DNA of 50,015 bases from the NCBI RefSeq assembly GCF_006345805.1, contig NW_021834319.1:1-50015 (forward strand), read 5' to 3'. The stretch comes from Octopus sinensis. Taxonomy: Eukaryota. Under the pieces are notes generated by a model. It did no database searches. It worked only from the letters and a program-made list of their open reading frames with translations, and had not been told where the DNA came from. This document shows positions 25,587-37,468 of the stretch, piece by piece (the stretch's first letter is position 1; the number at the start of each line of letters is the position of its first letter). The position numbers and the translations under genes were made by a program.

Positions 25587-28500
25587 TTATCCATTAATAT
25601 CTTTTTGCTAGTCTATTTTGTCCCTCTGTCTTATCTCATGGCGCGATATGAACATTTTAGGTAGTTTTTAGAGTCAGGGTTTGACTGGTAATGCGGCATG
25701 GTGGTGTCTCTCAGATACCCTTATTTATAGTTATATATATATATATATATATATGAACCAATTTCGACGGATTTCTCCCAAATTTGACGTCGATGTTACT
25801 TAGTTTGGTTTGAAATAAAGAACTTGATTAGCTTAACAATCTTAACTTAATCTCGGGCAAAGCCGCGTTATACTGCTAGTCTACATCTAAACATGTTTTG
25901 TAAACTTAAGTTTAACAAGTTTCGTATAGTGACTGTATGGACCTTCATGACCAATAAAGAATGGATTGCTATTATTGGTGTCGTTGTTTAAGTCGAATGG
26001 ATGCCAGTTACAACTACCGAGAAACTGGAGTTTACCTTGTTTTAGTTTATGAAGAATTTTTTCTTTTGCCAAAAAGTGCACTTTGAACATCTACTCCATT
26101 ATTCTAGGATAATAGGGCAAACACTGAAATTATTTCTTCTTTATTTTGGGATAAAAAACAAACTTTGATTTAAGACTTATATTTTTATAAACATAGTTTG
26201 TTTATGAATGGTTGTATCGAGAGGTGCTGGAAGAGTTGCTAGCTATAGAGTAGGAGCAATGAACATTCTAGAAAAGCTTTTGAACAATTTATAAGAAAAA
26301 GTTGTATAAAAAAATAAACAAAAAATGTCAATTCAAAAAAGACACTTCGACAACTGAAAATGCAAACATCGCTTAAAGACCGACAACAATGGTAGTTCAC
26401 CTTTTGCTAGCGTTGTGAGCCAAAAGCAGAAATATTGAAAATAGTTTTACCATTGAAAACACGCAAAAAAAAAGTAAAAACAGAAGACATGAGTCACAAA
26501 GGCAGAGCCTCCTTTCCTGACGGAACCGAAGCCACCGAGAAAAGAGTAAAGGGAAAGTGATTTTTATTTTAAAAAAACTGAAGCAGGCTTCTATGGTCTC
26601 TCGAAGAAGGATTGCCTGTGTAATACAAAATATGCCTGGAATAGGACGCATGGAAAAGTGAACCTGATCTTTAAAATCGAGGATAAAGAGAGAAAAGAGG
26701 CGGAATTGGTGCTTCTCCAAACTCTCCATCCACAAGATGATGCCACAATATATGAGGAAACAGAACAAAAGGACGACGACCATAGACAGAGGCTGACATC
26801 TGGTGCAACGGGTGCAGTATGAGCAGGTGGTGAGCATGGAGGTAATACACCGTCATATGAGCTCGAGTACCATCTGTCGATAGCTTGAGTGGAAGGGAGT
26901 GCTCTCACCAAGGACTAGCGAAAAGGCAGAGTACCAAGAAACAGAGGGTAAGGTCTCCTACATGGAGTGGGCTAATAGTGTCACTCTACCATCTTTTGAG
27001 AATGATAAGGGGGTAAGGGAACTGTTAGCAAAGAAAAAATAAAACAAACACAGAATAAATATAAGGTGGTGAGGTTTTTGCAAACAAACTTTGGACCGCT
27101 TTGAATTCATGATTGTCTGAATCGTCAAAGAATTCCCGATGTCGAATCGATTCCAGTTCAGCATTCAAAGAAGTAGGGCAGAAAGTACCCCCGCCATATT
27201 CAATAGAAAAGAAAGGATTTAACAGGGAGTAAACAGGAAAAAATAAAATGAATTTAGTGTCCCAGTAGACTACATTTGGCAACCAGGAAAAGGTAATGTT
27301 TGTAGGACAGAAAACTTTATTTTGAACAATTTGAGCCACACGATTGAAAATAACATCGACAACAATTGTATTTAGATACTAGTTTTGCTAAACGGAGACT
27401 GGAATAGCTTTTTTTTTCGCTCAGTTCAAACTTTCCGCCAATTTGCTTGACAAATGAAAGCGATGTAGAAAGCAATTCCAACCGTTTTTCGTTGAAAGTT
27501 ACGATCTATCGAAGAATCCCAAATAAGGAATATCTGGCGGGGAGAAGGACTTCCCTAGCAGAAATAGGAGACAAAGGAAGATGCATCCGTACCTTAATGC
27601 CTTATCGAACGGTGACAAGAAAAAAACCCACGTTTTTGTATCTCGAAATACAGAAGATCCTATTTCAGCATCTTGCTTTTCGAAGAAAGGACAAAACGTT
27701 GGTTGTAGGTGAGTAAATTATAAAAAAATTGAAGTAATGTGGGGGTGGGCAGTGATGAGAAAGGCCGAGAGGGGTGTTGTGAGAAGGTAATCAAAAGAAA
27801 AACGTGGGAGGATGAAACTAGAATTGGAGAGAGAAGATCGAAAAAGTGAACAACATGATGAAACTGTAATCTCTTTGAACAGTTTACAAAACAATATTTG
27901 CAGTGAAAAGTTAAAAAGACTCAAACTTTAAAATAATAGAAATCATATTACGATGAAGAAGATGATGTTTCCAGCATAAATCGTCACAACAATTGCCTAA
28001 GTAAGAATTTGAACACGTTTCCTTTTGAATCTCAGAAATTATATAGATTCAGCGTGAATATATTAAGGTATCCATGTTTAACACATCAACCTCTGCTTAT
28101 GCCAGCAAATTAAATGTTAAAATATTCCACTTATGGTTTGTACGTTCACTTAAACACCTCATCATTAACCTTCTCCCATCATTACATTGATCTGCTCTTT
28201 CAGAAATTCTTAGTAATTACTGGGAGCAGCACTTATTTTTCTCATGGCTTTCGAAAACTCGTTACATTACTGCATTTCTTTTGAAGTCGACAAAAATCAA
28301 TTAATCGATGCCGTTTTGCTTTACTGAATATGTTATCAATATTTGTACAAATAAAAAAACAAAATTTCTCTTACGGTAGAAAATTTCTGATCGAACTTCT
28401 TAAAGACGTAAAAAGAAATAATGTCGAGAAATAGGATCACTTGAAAAGAAGCAACTTCCCTACACAAGCAATTATATTCAACTTTCTTTTCCATTTCTAT

Positions 28501-29429
28501 ATTAAAGATAAATTTTTACACAAAAACCTTTTAGGGGTTGTTTTATAGTTTTTATCTATCCAGTTATTGTTTTGTAAAGTAGCAATATTTTAATGTTCCA
28601 TGTATTTTAAACACAATAAGCCTTTTTTTATTATTAAAACGAATCAAGATGGCGTCAATGTTTTTAAGTGAGCAGAACTTCCTGTCAGTACCTTCCTGAT
28701 GTCACCAACCTCACAGATAGAAGTAAAACCCATTAAATAGGAGATGATGTGCATAAAAATGAAGAAATAAATGATGGTGTCAGAAATGAGAAGCAGAAAC
28801 AATTATTGGATTTATAAAGTGATACTTGTTTGACAGACGTTGCTCGGGTCCAACTAGATAGGGGGTGGGGTGGGGGTGTAAGGGTAACAATAGGGAGTAG
28901 CATAAATAATGGATGGAAAAAAAAGTCTGAGATTTAACGTTCGGGGAGAAATAGTGAATGCTATATCAATTTCGTGTGCTGGCTTACTCTGGAGGCTATT
29001 TGTTCCTGAATAAGATTAAAAAGGGTCAAATATATATTTGTATGTTTTGCTAGGGGATACCAAGGTACAGTTATAGATACAGAAGTATTGGGCCCACAAG
29101 AACTCCACGTCTTCGGACCTGTAGACTTATATGGAACCACTGCTATTTCTAGTGGAATCGAGCAGCTTTTACACAAGTCCATTGTAAAAGCAAAGCTACC
29201 CTGTTATTATCTTCTGAAAATACAAATAATGAAATTAAGGTTTTCTCAGCAACAAAGATGGTTCATTGAAAAATATTTTCATTATTTTTCTCGAATATGC
29301 TTTGAAAAGTGATCAGTGGAAATGAGAGAAATCTTTGTTTAAATATTGTTGTTCAGCTCCAGTAAAATCCTACTGACAAAGACATTCCAGCCATGGCCGC
29401 TCCTTCCAGAATATTGAGCGATCATTGTA

Positions 29430-29620
29430 AGGGCGAATGATTAGCAGAGTCATTTGAATCAAGTACAAAATACGGTTAGCTGAGTTCAAATCTAACTGAG
29501 GTTAACGTCATCTTGACTCTTTCAGTGTCGATAAAGAGAAACACCAATTAAAAACGGCATCGATTTACTCAAGTAGCCCTACACAACAAAGTTTGCGATT
29601 TTCTACCAATATTACAATCG
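29430..29620 (+). mobile_element. Degenerate family M SINE ending in (AAT)n
   Basis: CTGAGTTCAAATCTAACTGAGG..TTTCAGTGTCGATAAAG..ATCGATTTACT. Confidence 0.6.
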
Positions 29621-29679
29621 AATAATAATAATAATAATAATGATAATAATAATAATAATATAATAATAATAATAATAAT

Positions 29680-30118
29680 TATAAAGATCTTGAAATAGAA
29701 ATCAGCAAAATGTGGAAGCTGAAGACTAAAACAATACCTGTTGTCATAGGTGCCCTGGGAATGATAGCGAAAGGGACTGATTGCTACCTAACTCAGATAC
29801 CAGGAAACCCCAAAATGGCAGAAATTCAAAAGATAGTGCTCATAGGAACTGCTCATATCCTACGCAAAATACTCTCTATGTAATCCCAAGGTTTAAAACA
29901 AACTTTTATTTATTTATTTATTTTATTTTATTTTATTTTATTTTATTTTTAAAAAATTTTATTTTTATGTATTAGACATTCACTAGTACAACACCAAAAA
30001 AACCCCCCCAAAAAACCCCCGAATATATGGCACAGAACTTCCAACCTGCTGTCTCTTGAGGTCTCTGGGTGAGACTTGGAGCCAACTTGTACAGACATAA
30101 AGCAAAAGTCAAACGTAG
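29680..30118 (+). mobile_element. 5'-truncated R4/Dong-like RLE-type LINE (C-terminal 67 codons plus 3' UTR) in an (AAT)n tract
   Basis: 29680-29883 reads YKDLEIEISKMWKLKTKTIPVVIGALGMIAKGTDCYLTQIPGNPKMAEIQKIVLIGTAHILRKILSM*, the typical end of restriction-like endonuclease domains. It is flanked by (AAT)n on both sides. Confidence 0.85.
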
Positions 30119-30139
30119 AATAATAATAATAATGATGAT

Positions 30140-30685
30140 GCAGTACCAGGCAGTGGCTCTCATGGCTTCTGATCTTAACTGATTGGAAGTGTTATCATGT
30201 ACATTGTTTTGTCTTGGTATAAAAGATGGGCTACAGCAAATATTCTGCTCAATACCACAGATTTGCTTGTCAGTTGTTTGACCTTAACCAGTTGAGCATG
30301 TCCCTTAGTGGCTGACGATATGTGCATCTCTGATCACGAGCAGAAGTAGTGGGGGAGCATCATAGCCATGTGTTGAGAGGGATTCTTTGGGGTTTGAATA
30401 ATTCACCTCTGGAAACATGGGTGGTTCTTTCAACATCCTTAAACAACCCTTATTCAGGGACCTTTTGAGCGGGATGGGCTACTCAACCTGAAGAAAATCC
30501 TAACTGGGCCCCACCTGCAAGGTCATGTGCTGTTTATCTTGATATGAGATCACCATGTCGCGCACATATGGTTGTGATGCATGTGCCTGGTGTACCCTTA
30601 TCAGACGGGTAGTCATGATGGGTATATTGGGCTTCGTATATTTTACCCCAGTGTCACTTTGATGGCATGAACTGCTCTCTCACTC
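30140..30685 (+). mobile_element. ~550-bp non-coding interspersed element X embedded in (AAT)n
   Basis: A second copy lies at 48897-49363 on the opposite strand. Both are bounded by AAT repeats in the same relative orientation. Confidence 0.8.
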
Positions 30686-30749
<64 letters not shown>

Positions 30750-30752
<3 letters not shown>

Positions 30753-31103
30753 GCTTCAGATTTTGCCACAAGGGCACCAATTTTGGGAGAGGGGATGAGT
30801 CGATTACAGTATTTATTTTCTCTGCCGCTACGTTCTGAGTTTAAATTCCGCCGAGGTCGACTTTGCCTTTCATCCTTTCGGGGTCGAATAAGTGAGTACC
30901 AGTTACGCACTTGGGTCGATATAATCTACTTAATCCGTTTGTCTGTCCTTGTTTGTCCTCTCTGTGTTTAGCCCCTTGTAGGTAGTAAAAAAATAGGTAT
31001 TTATTTTATCGGCCCCGAAAGGATGAAAGGTAAAGTCGACCTCAGCGGAATTTGAACTAAGCATTTCGTCAAGCGTGCTAACGATTCCGTCAACTCGCCG
31101 CCT

Positions 31104-31177
<74 letters not shown>

Positions 31178-31390
31178 ATAATAATAATAATAATAATCCT
31201 TTCTACTTTAGGCACAAGGCCTGAAATTCGGGGGAGGGTGTAAGTCGATTACATCGACTCCAGTACTCAACTGGTACTTATTTTACCGACGCCAAAAGGA
31301 TGAAAGACTAAGATGGAATTTGAACTCAGAACGTAAAGACGGACGAAATGCCGCTAAGCTTTTCGTCTATCACGGTAACGATTCTACCAA
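30750..31390. mobile_element. Cluster of family M SINE pieces in both orientations, separated by (ACT)n/(AAT)n
   Basis: The plus copy at 30826-30992 has GAGGTCGACTTTGCCTTTCATCCTTTCGGGGTCGA. Minus copies lie at about 30995-31102 and 31195-31390. Confidence 0.8.
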
Positions 31391-31553
31391 TAATAATTGC
31401 TCATTATTAGTGGGATTGAAGAATTTCCAAAGATTATTTAGAAATCTAAGAAAACAGCAATTGCACTGTCCCAAGTAAAAGAGAGTTTGCGTTAACGGTT
31501 GACTGGTTAAAGTAGTAATGTTTAAGAAGATTGTTACTAAACTTACGAGATCC

Positions 31554-31603
<50 letters not shown>

Positions 31604-33492
31604 AAGAGAGAGAGAGAACAAAGAAGAAGATGATGATGATGATGATGATGAGATCAGTGATATAAATTACATCTTAGGATATCTTATCTCCAATGAAGCA
31701 TCGGTTTTGTCCCATGAATGGACGGTGAATGTTGTGTCCAATAATTGCTAAAAATTAAAGTTCATATTTGAATAATTTGTATTTAATCATGGAAAGAGTC
31801 TGCAATACAATCCTTATCCTTCTTCCACACCACCTTCTACTTTCACCTTTATTGCTCTCCCCCAGTTACCCTCTACCCTCTACTTTCTAACTTCCAGAAG
31901 AAGTGAAGAATTCATGAATACTTGCATGTAATGTTTGTTTGGAACGAGAAAGAAATGGTGGAATTAGAGATGAGAAAATAAAAGAAAGAAAGAAAGAAGG
32001 TAAGAAAGCGGGATTGTGAAGTAAAAAGAAAAGAATGCAAAGAGGAGAAAGAAAGAAAGAAATCGAGAAATAATAAAGAAGTGTAGACATGAAGATACAG
32101 TGAAAGAAAGTATAGACTGAATGTGTGTGTGTGTGGACGGCAGTAGTTGGAGAGTTGTAGAAAGGTTGGCAAAAACGTTGTTGTCTCATTTTTGGATCGC
32201 TTCGGGGAATATTCCGACTCAATTTCTCGATGCATAATTTCGCACATGAATTGAATTGGTCATCTTGATATCTCATCTTTCCCTTTATATTGAAACACGG
32301 ATTTGGAGTTGCAATAAATGTAAGAATATTAACAGGTACGATGGTTTACAGAACGAACGCCAAAGACAGCCATTGCTATCTACGAAATATATTTTGTTTG
32401 GCACTACTTTCTTTGAAAAACAAAGAAAAAGTTTCTACTTTCAAAGAATATTAACAGAAACTTTTATGTTGGATGCAATTTGATATTTGGTTCAAATTAC
32501 AGGACAAAATACTTTCTTGAGAAATGGCACAAAGCCATTTTCTGTAAAGAGATAGTTATTTGATTCCTTAGACATTGAGAATATTTTGGTCAACAGAGTT
32601 AAAGTCATACTGGAGCAATATACTCAGAGTTGAATGTTGTTTAAATTCTGTGTTCTTTCAGTGTATATTCGGTGGTTCTAATTCTTTCCTCATCCATCTG
32701 TCTAACATCGCCAATAAATGGCTAAACGAATTAGGGAAGATGTCTCAGATTGTAACATTTTGGTTAATCAGGGGGACTGGAGAGACAGTAATCGAGGTAC
32801 TATTTAAAAGGTACTTGTATGTGTGAATGTTTATATGTGTATGTGTGAAGATATGTGAGTGTGTGAATCCATCGGTCAGTGAGTGATGTTATCGCAGAAT
32901 GAGAATAATTAATATCAGTTTAAGGAACTTTACTGAATTCTCTTATCAATAGTCCTGCGAGGAATATCAAGCCATTCCCTTTTATCACCGCAAGACATTT
33001 TCTTCTCCCTTATAGACTACTCATACTCCCTAATGGCTGTTATAGACCATCATCCCTAGTTTCGTTAGATCCCACTTATCATCATCGTCACAATTCAGTG
33101 ACTAATCACTGTAAGCCCTCTTCCTATTTACCAAAGATTGGAACTCATTCCCTGATAAATTTCCAGAAGAACTGATCCCTCTTTTCCTGTTTACAATTGT
33201 TCTGTGTATACAGTTCAGTTTAATTTGCACACACAATGTTGGATAAAAAAAAAAGTGTGTGTACATTATAGCGTAGACTGTAGACAACAGTTGGCATTTG
33301 AGCAAATATTTTTGGTAAAATGAAATTTTTGATAGATTAGATATAAAATCATTCCGCTTCACACGATCCAAATAATTCTAAGTTTTATCGAAAATATCCC
33401 GAATAATGTTTCTTTCAACCGAAATGTTGTTTCTACATCATATATATAAATATATATATATATGTATGTGTGTGTGTATGTGTATATACGTG

Positions 33493-33554
<62 letters not shown>

Positions 33555-36294
33555 GTATATATATACATATATACGTATATATATATGCACATACACACAC
33601 ACACATATATATATATACATACACATACCTCGTATATACATATATATGTGTGTGTGTGTGTGTGTATATGTGTGCGTATATGTGCATGTGTGTTTGTTTA
33701 CATATACACACACATACATACATACATACACACATACATACATACATACATATATCAAATGTTTATTTTTCTCCACCCCACAAACTGTTCCACACAAACC
33801 CCTGTTTTAGGACAGGAAGGAGATTGTCTCACAACACAATATTTTATTGGAGCTAATTTTATAACCTAAGATAACAGTAAACTGGCCGCAGGCATGATCG
33901 TTGACGACTAAAGTTATTTAACTAAAGGCATGGCTACGCGGTTAAGAAGTTCGCTTTGTAACTATGTTGTTTCGAGTTCAATGCCATTGCACGGCAGCTT
34001 GGCCATTTGATTTCTTCCCCAGCATCAGATCTCCTAAAGTTCTGTCAGTGGAATATGGCGAGGAAGACTGTTAGAGAAACTGTTCTGGTTCGCTTGTGGT
34101 AGACTGCATGTATCGCCTGCTTTCATTCCTCTCCCCCACACACCAGGGACCTCTTTAGCAGTTCTGGGTTACCTTCAGTAAGACCCTCTCTGTTACAAGT
34201 GTTATGGCCAGGTCTCCTGAAAAGGAAGGGTTAGGTATGTTGCCCGGCTTCATTAGCCCGAATGAGATGTCACAAAATATTTTGCCATATTCTTGGTGTC
34301 AGGTATTTAAGGGGCGTTAGTGAATGAGCGGCACCATCTCGACGTCCTGTGTTATTTGTAAGGTAAGGGAAATGTTAAACATATGAAAAAAAGCTTAGAA
34401 TTGGAATAAAAGATGGGAAATATGAGCAGAAACGGTAGCATGTATCATCATCATCATCATCACCACCATCATCATCGTCGTCGTCGTCGTCGTCATCATT
34501 ATCTCCATCTGAAAGAATCTCCAGAAATAACAGCACCGCCTGTGAAAGTACTCCAGTGCCATTATTCTTCCTGTGATCCTCATTGCAAAAAACACAAATC
34601 TTTCTTAACAGACTGTCTTCTACTCATACTGAAAACAACTTTATATAACAACAAACGTAAGGAATAGCGGGATCTCGCTTAAAGAATCCCAGGTCAGCTA
34701 AAAATACGAAGGGAACATTGAGTAATGTAGTTCTTGGCAGGGCGGTCACTCTTGGACCGGTTTTGAACCAAGAACAGGGCCGACTTAGGATTAAACAAGA
34801 ACATCAGGCAGAAAAAGAAAAAGAAAAATAACAACACTAAGAGCGAAAGAATTGTAAAACATCGTAGAATACATCAGAGATGGAACTGGTGAAATTTTAA
34901 ATGTAAAAGGAAACGAATCACAGAAAACATCCCCAAAAAGAAGACGATATAAAGAGTTAAGAGTAATACGACAGTTGCATTTATATAAGATCAGTTATAT
35001 CTTGTAGTTAGGTCAGGTTTACTTATAAATCCTCCAGCCGCAAGCCAGAAATATTGTGATGTTTCATTTCTATTAAAACAACTCAACTATACAAGGCTTC
35101 TACCATTCACCTTCGTTCTACTTCTTTGTGTCTTCTTCCCGGAATTATTGATATGTGAAACCCAACTGTACCCAATACAACTATTGTTTCATTTAAAGAA
35201 GTATTTCCTTTATTGTGTTTGGTTGTCTTGCAGTAATTACTATCTCCATTGGATCTGTTAAACCTAAATAAAATCAACTTGATGTGTTGAGAGATCAATT
35301 TCAGCGAAGTCAACAATGGACGTCAATTTTGTTTGACGAAATTCTAGTAAGTGGGGAAACAGATATCTCCCCCTGTCACTAAATTATGTTAGCAGTTGGT
35401 GGTTCGCCAGTGGAGGCTTTTGAATCCTTATCACTATGTTGAGAGATAGAGGCGTATAGACATAGACATGTGACAGATAGCTGAAAAACTGCCAAACTCC
35501 ATAGATAGAGACTATCGATCAGTATCTTCCTCTATTGAATTGCAATTTTTATTTCAGCGAAGCCCATTAAATAAGAATTTTGTCGAATGTATCAATGTTG
35601 GCGCTTAACCAACATAATACGGTAAGGCTGACATGTAGTTGACAAGGTTCCACACATTATCAGAGCGATCACTTCGTCCTGTATGAGGCAAAATTATTGC
35701 ATGGTGGACATAGAAACAATAATTCACATTGCTAACGTGAAAACAACTCGACTCGAGTCATTAACCATGCATACGAAATAATTATCGTGGAAATTGCAAA
35801 TTAATTGTTGCATTAAGTTGTGAGAGAATAGTTCTGTAATCTGAAGAGTTTTTAACGAGAAACTAAGATTTACTGGCCAGAAATGTGAACGGGGTGGATT
35901 GGTGGGGTTAAACTGATATGAAAATGTGACATTTATGTATTTTCTCCTGGCATCTGAGACTTCAATAAGGAAATGGAACTCTAACTGGGGATTGAACACA
36001 AGACAAGGCGGTCTGGGGCTGTCAAAGACACCACAGCAACACCATAACACGCATAACGAGACAAACTACATAATTTGCTGGACCATAATTAATGCTGTAT
36101 TTACTGTTTACAATATTAAAACTATATTTTAGAACGGTGGAAACGACTGAGATTCAGTGCTTAGTTGGACGAAATTTCTTCAATACTCCAAATATCTCGG
36201 TTCTGAATTCAAAGTCTGTCGGAATTCCAGTATATATATATATATATATATAATATATATATATAATATATATATATATATATGTGTGTGTGTG

Positions 36295-36401
<107 letters not shown>

Positions 36402-36624
36402 CATTCTCAAGAAAGCAAATCTTCAACCCTGAAGAAAGAAAATTAGTAGAGTCGTTCAGAGAATGCCTTGTGATATTAGATCCATAACGGATCCACCCCT
36501 GCGACCTGAATTAAAATCCAATAAAATAAATGTACTCAACATTTCAAATATATTGAGTCCAATATTGAATTGTGACTCACATAATTATCATATGATTAAG
36601 TAAATCTGAGATATGCTTAGATAA

Positions 36625-36875
36625 GCCATGACTTACTTAATAGCACCACCTGGTAAAGACATTTAATGATGTTTCAGTCATTCTTTAGGCACCATTAATC
36701 GATTAATGATTTATTAATCGATTAATGATTTATTGTTTGCATCATATTCAGGTGTAGGCAATTTATTTGGAATCTGTTGGAGATATTCGTCAAGGAACTG
36801 TTGGAATGTTATGTGACATTTTTCTTCTTTTATGTGTCTTGGCATGATGTAAAAATGAACAGGGCCAGTTGAGGT
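36625..36875 (-). mobile_element. Old 3' fragment of the same CR1-clade family as 37259-41771
   Basis: TSTGPVHFYIMPRHIKEEKCHITFQQFLDEYLQQIPNKLPTPEYDANNKSLID aligns with TSIGPALFNITPKHIKTETDPIGFKKSLDRFLQEIPDKPPTPGYVSVNNNSLLE. The 3' UTR motif ACCAGGTGGTGCTATTAAGT is shared. Confidence 0.8.
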
Positions 36876-37100
36876 GATACGCGCGTGTGTGTACCGGTGG
36901 GAGAGAGCGAAATTCAATGGGTCGAACGAATATGCAATGAGCTATTTAAATCTTCGCAGTTGATTGATTTTGTCCCTCATCATCACTCCTGTCCGAATCC
37001 GATCAAACAATTCTTGTTTTGATTTTTAACCGATACACAATACATATATAAATAAATAAAATCATGACAAATGGTACCCAAGTATATATATATATACATA

Positions 37101-37258
37101 GGCGCAGGCGTAGCTGTGTGATAAATAGCTTGCTTGCCAACCACATGGTTCCGGGCTCTGTTTCACTGCGTGGCACCTTGGCTAAGAGTATTCTACTATA
37201 GCCTCGGGCTGACCAAAGCCTTGTGAGTGGATTTGGTCGACGGAAACTGAAAGAAGCC
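37101..37258 (+). mobile_element. 5' half of a family O (tRNA/CORE-like) SINE, split by the CR1 insertion
   Basis: GGCGCAGGCGTAGCTGTGTG..CACTGCGTGGCACCTTGG..GGAAACTGAAAGAAGCC matches the intact copies at 45322 and 46441. Confidence 0.85.
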
Positions 37259-37359
37259 AAATAATCATAAACCAAATAATCATAAACAACCAAATAATCA
37301 TAAACAACCAAATAATCATGAAACAACCAAATAATCAGAAACAACCAAATAATCAAAAA
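37257..37359 (+). repeat. Six copies of a 15-19-bp unit CCAAATAATCATAAACAA at the LINE 5' end
   Basis: Units start at 37257, 37272, 37290, 37308, 37327 and 37345. Confidence 0.9.
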
Positions 37360-37468
37360 CTCACACCCTTAAGAGAGAACATTTATATATATACACTTCT
37401 TTAACTCCCAAGAAAGAATATATATATTTTCAAAAATCAAAAGAAAAACAAACAAAAGAAAAACAAAC

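Larger units (their letters stand above)
25207..25732. repeat. Diverged long inverted repeat (227-bp arms 25207-25433 and 25506-25732, 72-nt spacer) with hammerhead-like motifs
   Basis: The arms are colinear reverse complements with scattered substitutions. Confidence 0.9.
24590..25879 (+). mobile_element. Non-autonomous Helitron-like element containing a nested hammerhead inverted repeat
   Basis: The 5' end is A|TCTGTATATATATAAAGG followed by (TG)n. The 3' end has an imperfect GC hairpin CGGGCAAAGCCGCG a few nt before CTAG|T. The insertion lies between A and T with no TSD. Confidence 0.65.

Noticed and set aside
27669-27708. Candidate 40-nt exon ending in a perfect AG|GTGAGT donor
   Set aside because: The peptide is unrecognised and the phase does not join the next candidate.
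28645-28700. YY1-like CAAGATGGCG and ETS-like TTCCTG motifs as a promoter
   Set aside because: Short motifs are expected by chance in 50 kb; there is no CpG island or linked gene.
29054-29182. Candidate exon (GYQGTVIDTEVLGPQELHVFGP..) and the opposite-strand ORF 28961..29182
   Set aside because: Neither reading matches a family I can name, and the donor is weak.
31898-31927. Candidate 30-nt exon (CTAAC..TTCCAG | RSEEFMNTC | GTAATG)
   Set aside because: Too short to support without transcripts.
35845-35885. CTGAAGA-GTT-TTT-AAC-GAGAAAC
   Set aside because: Extra bases precede GAAA and there is no valid stem III or cleavage triplet.
37257-37359. CRISPR-like array
   Set aside because: The units are contiguous without unique spacers, in a eukaryotic LINE 5' UTR.
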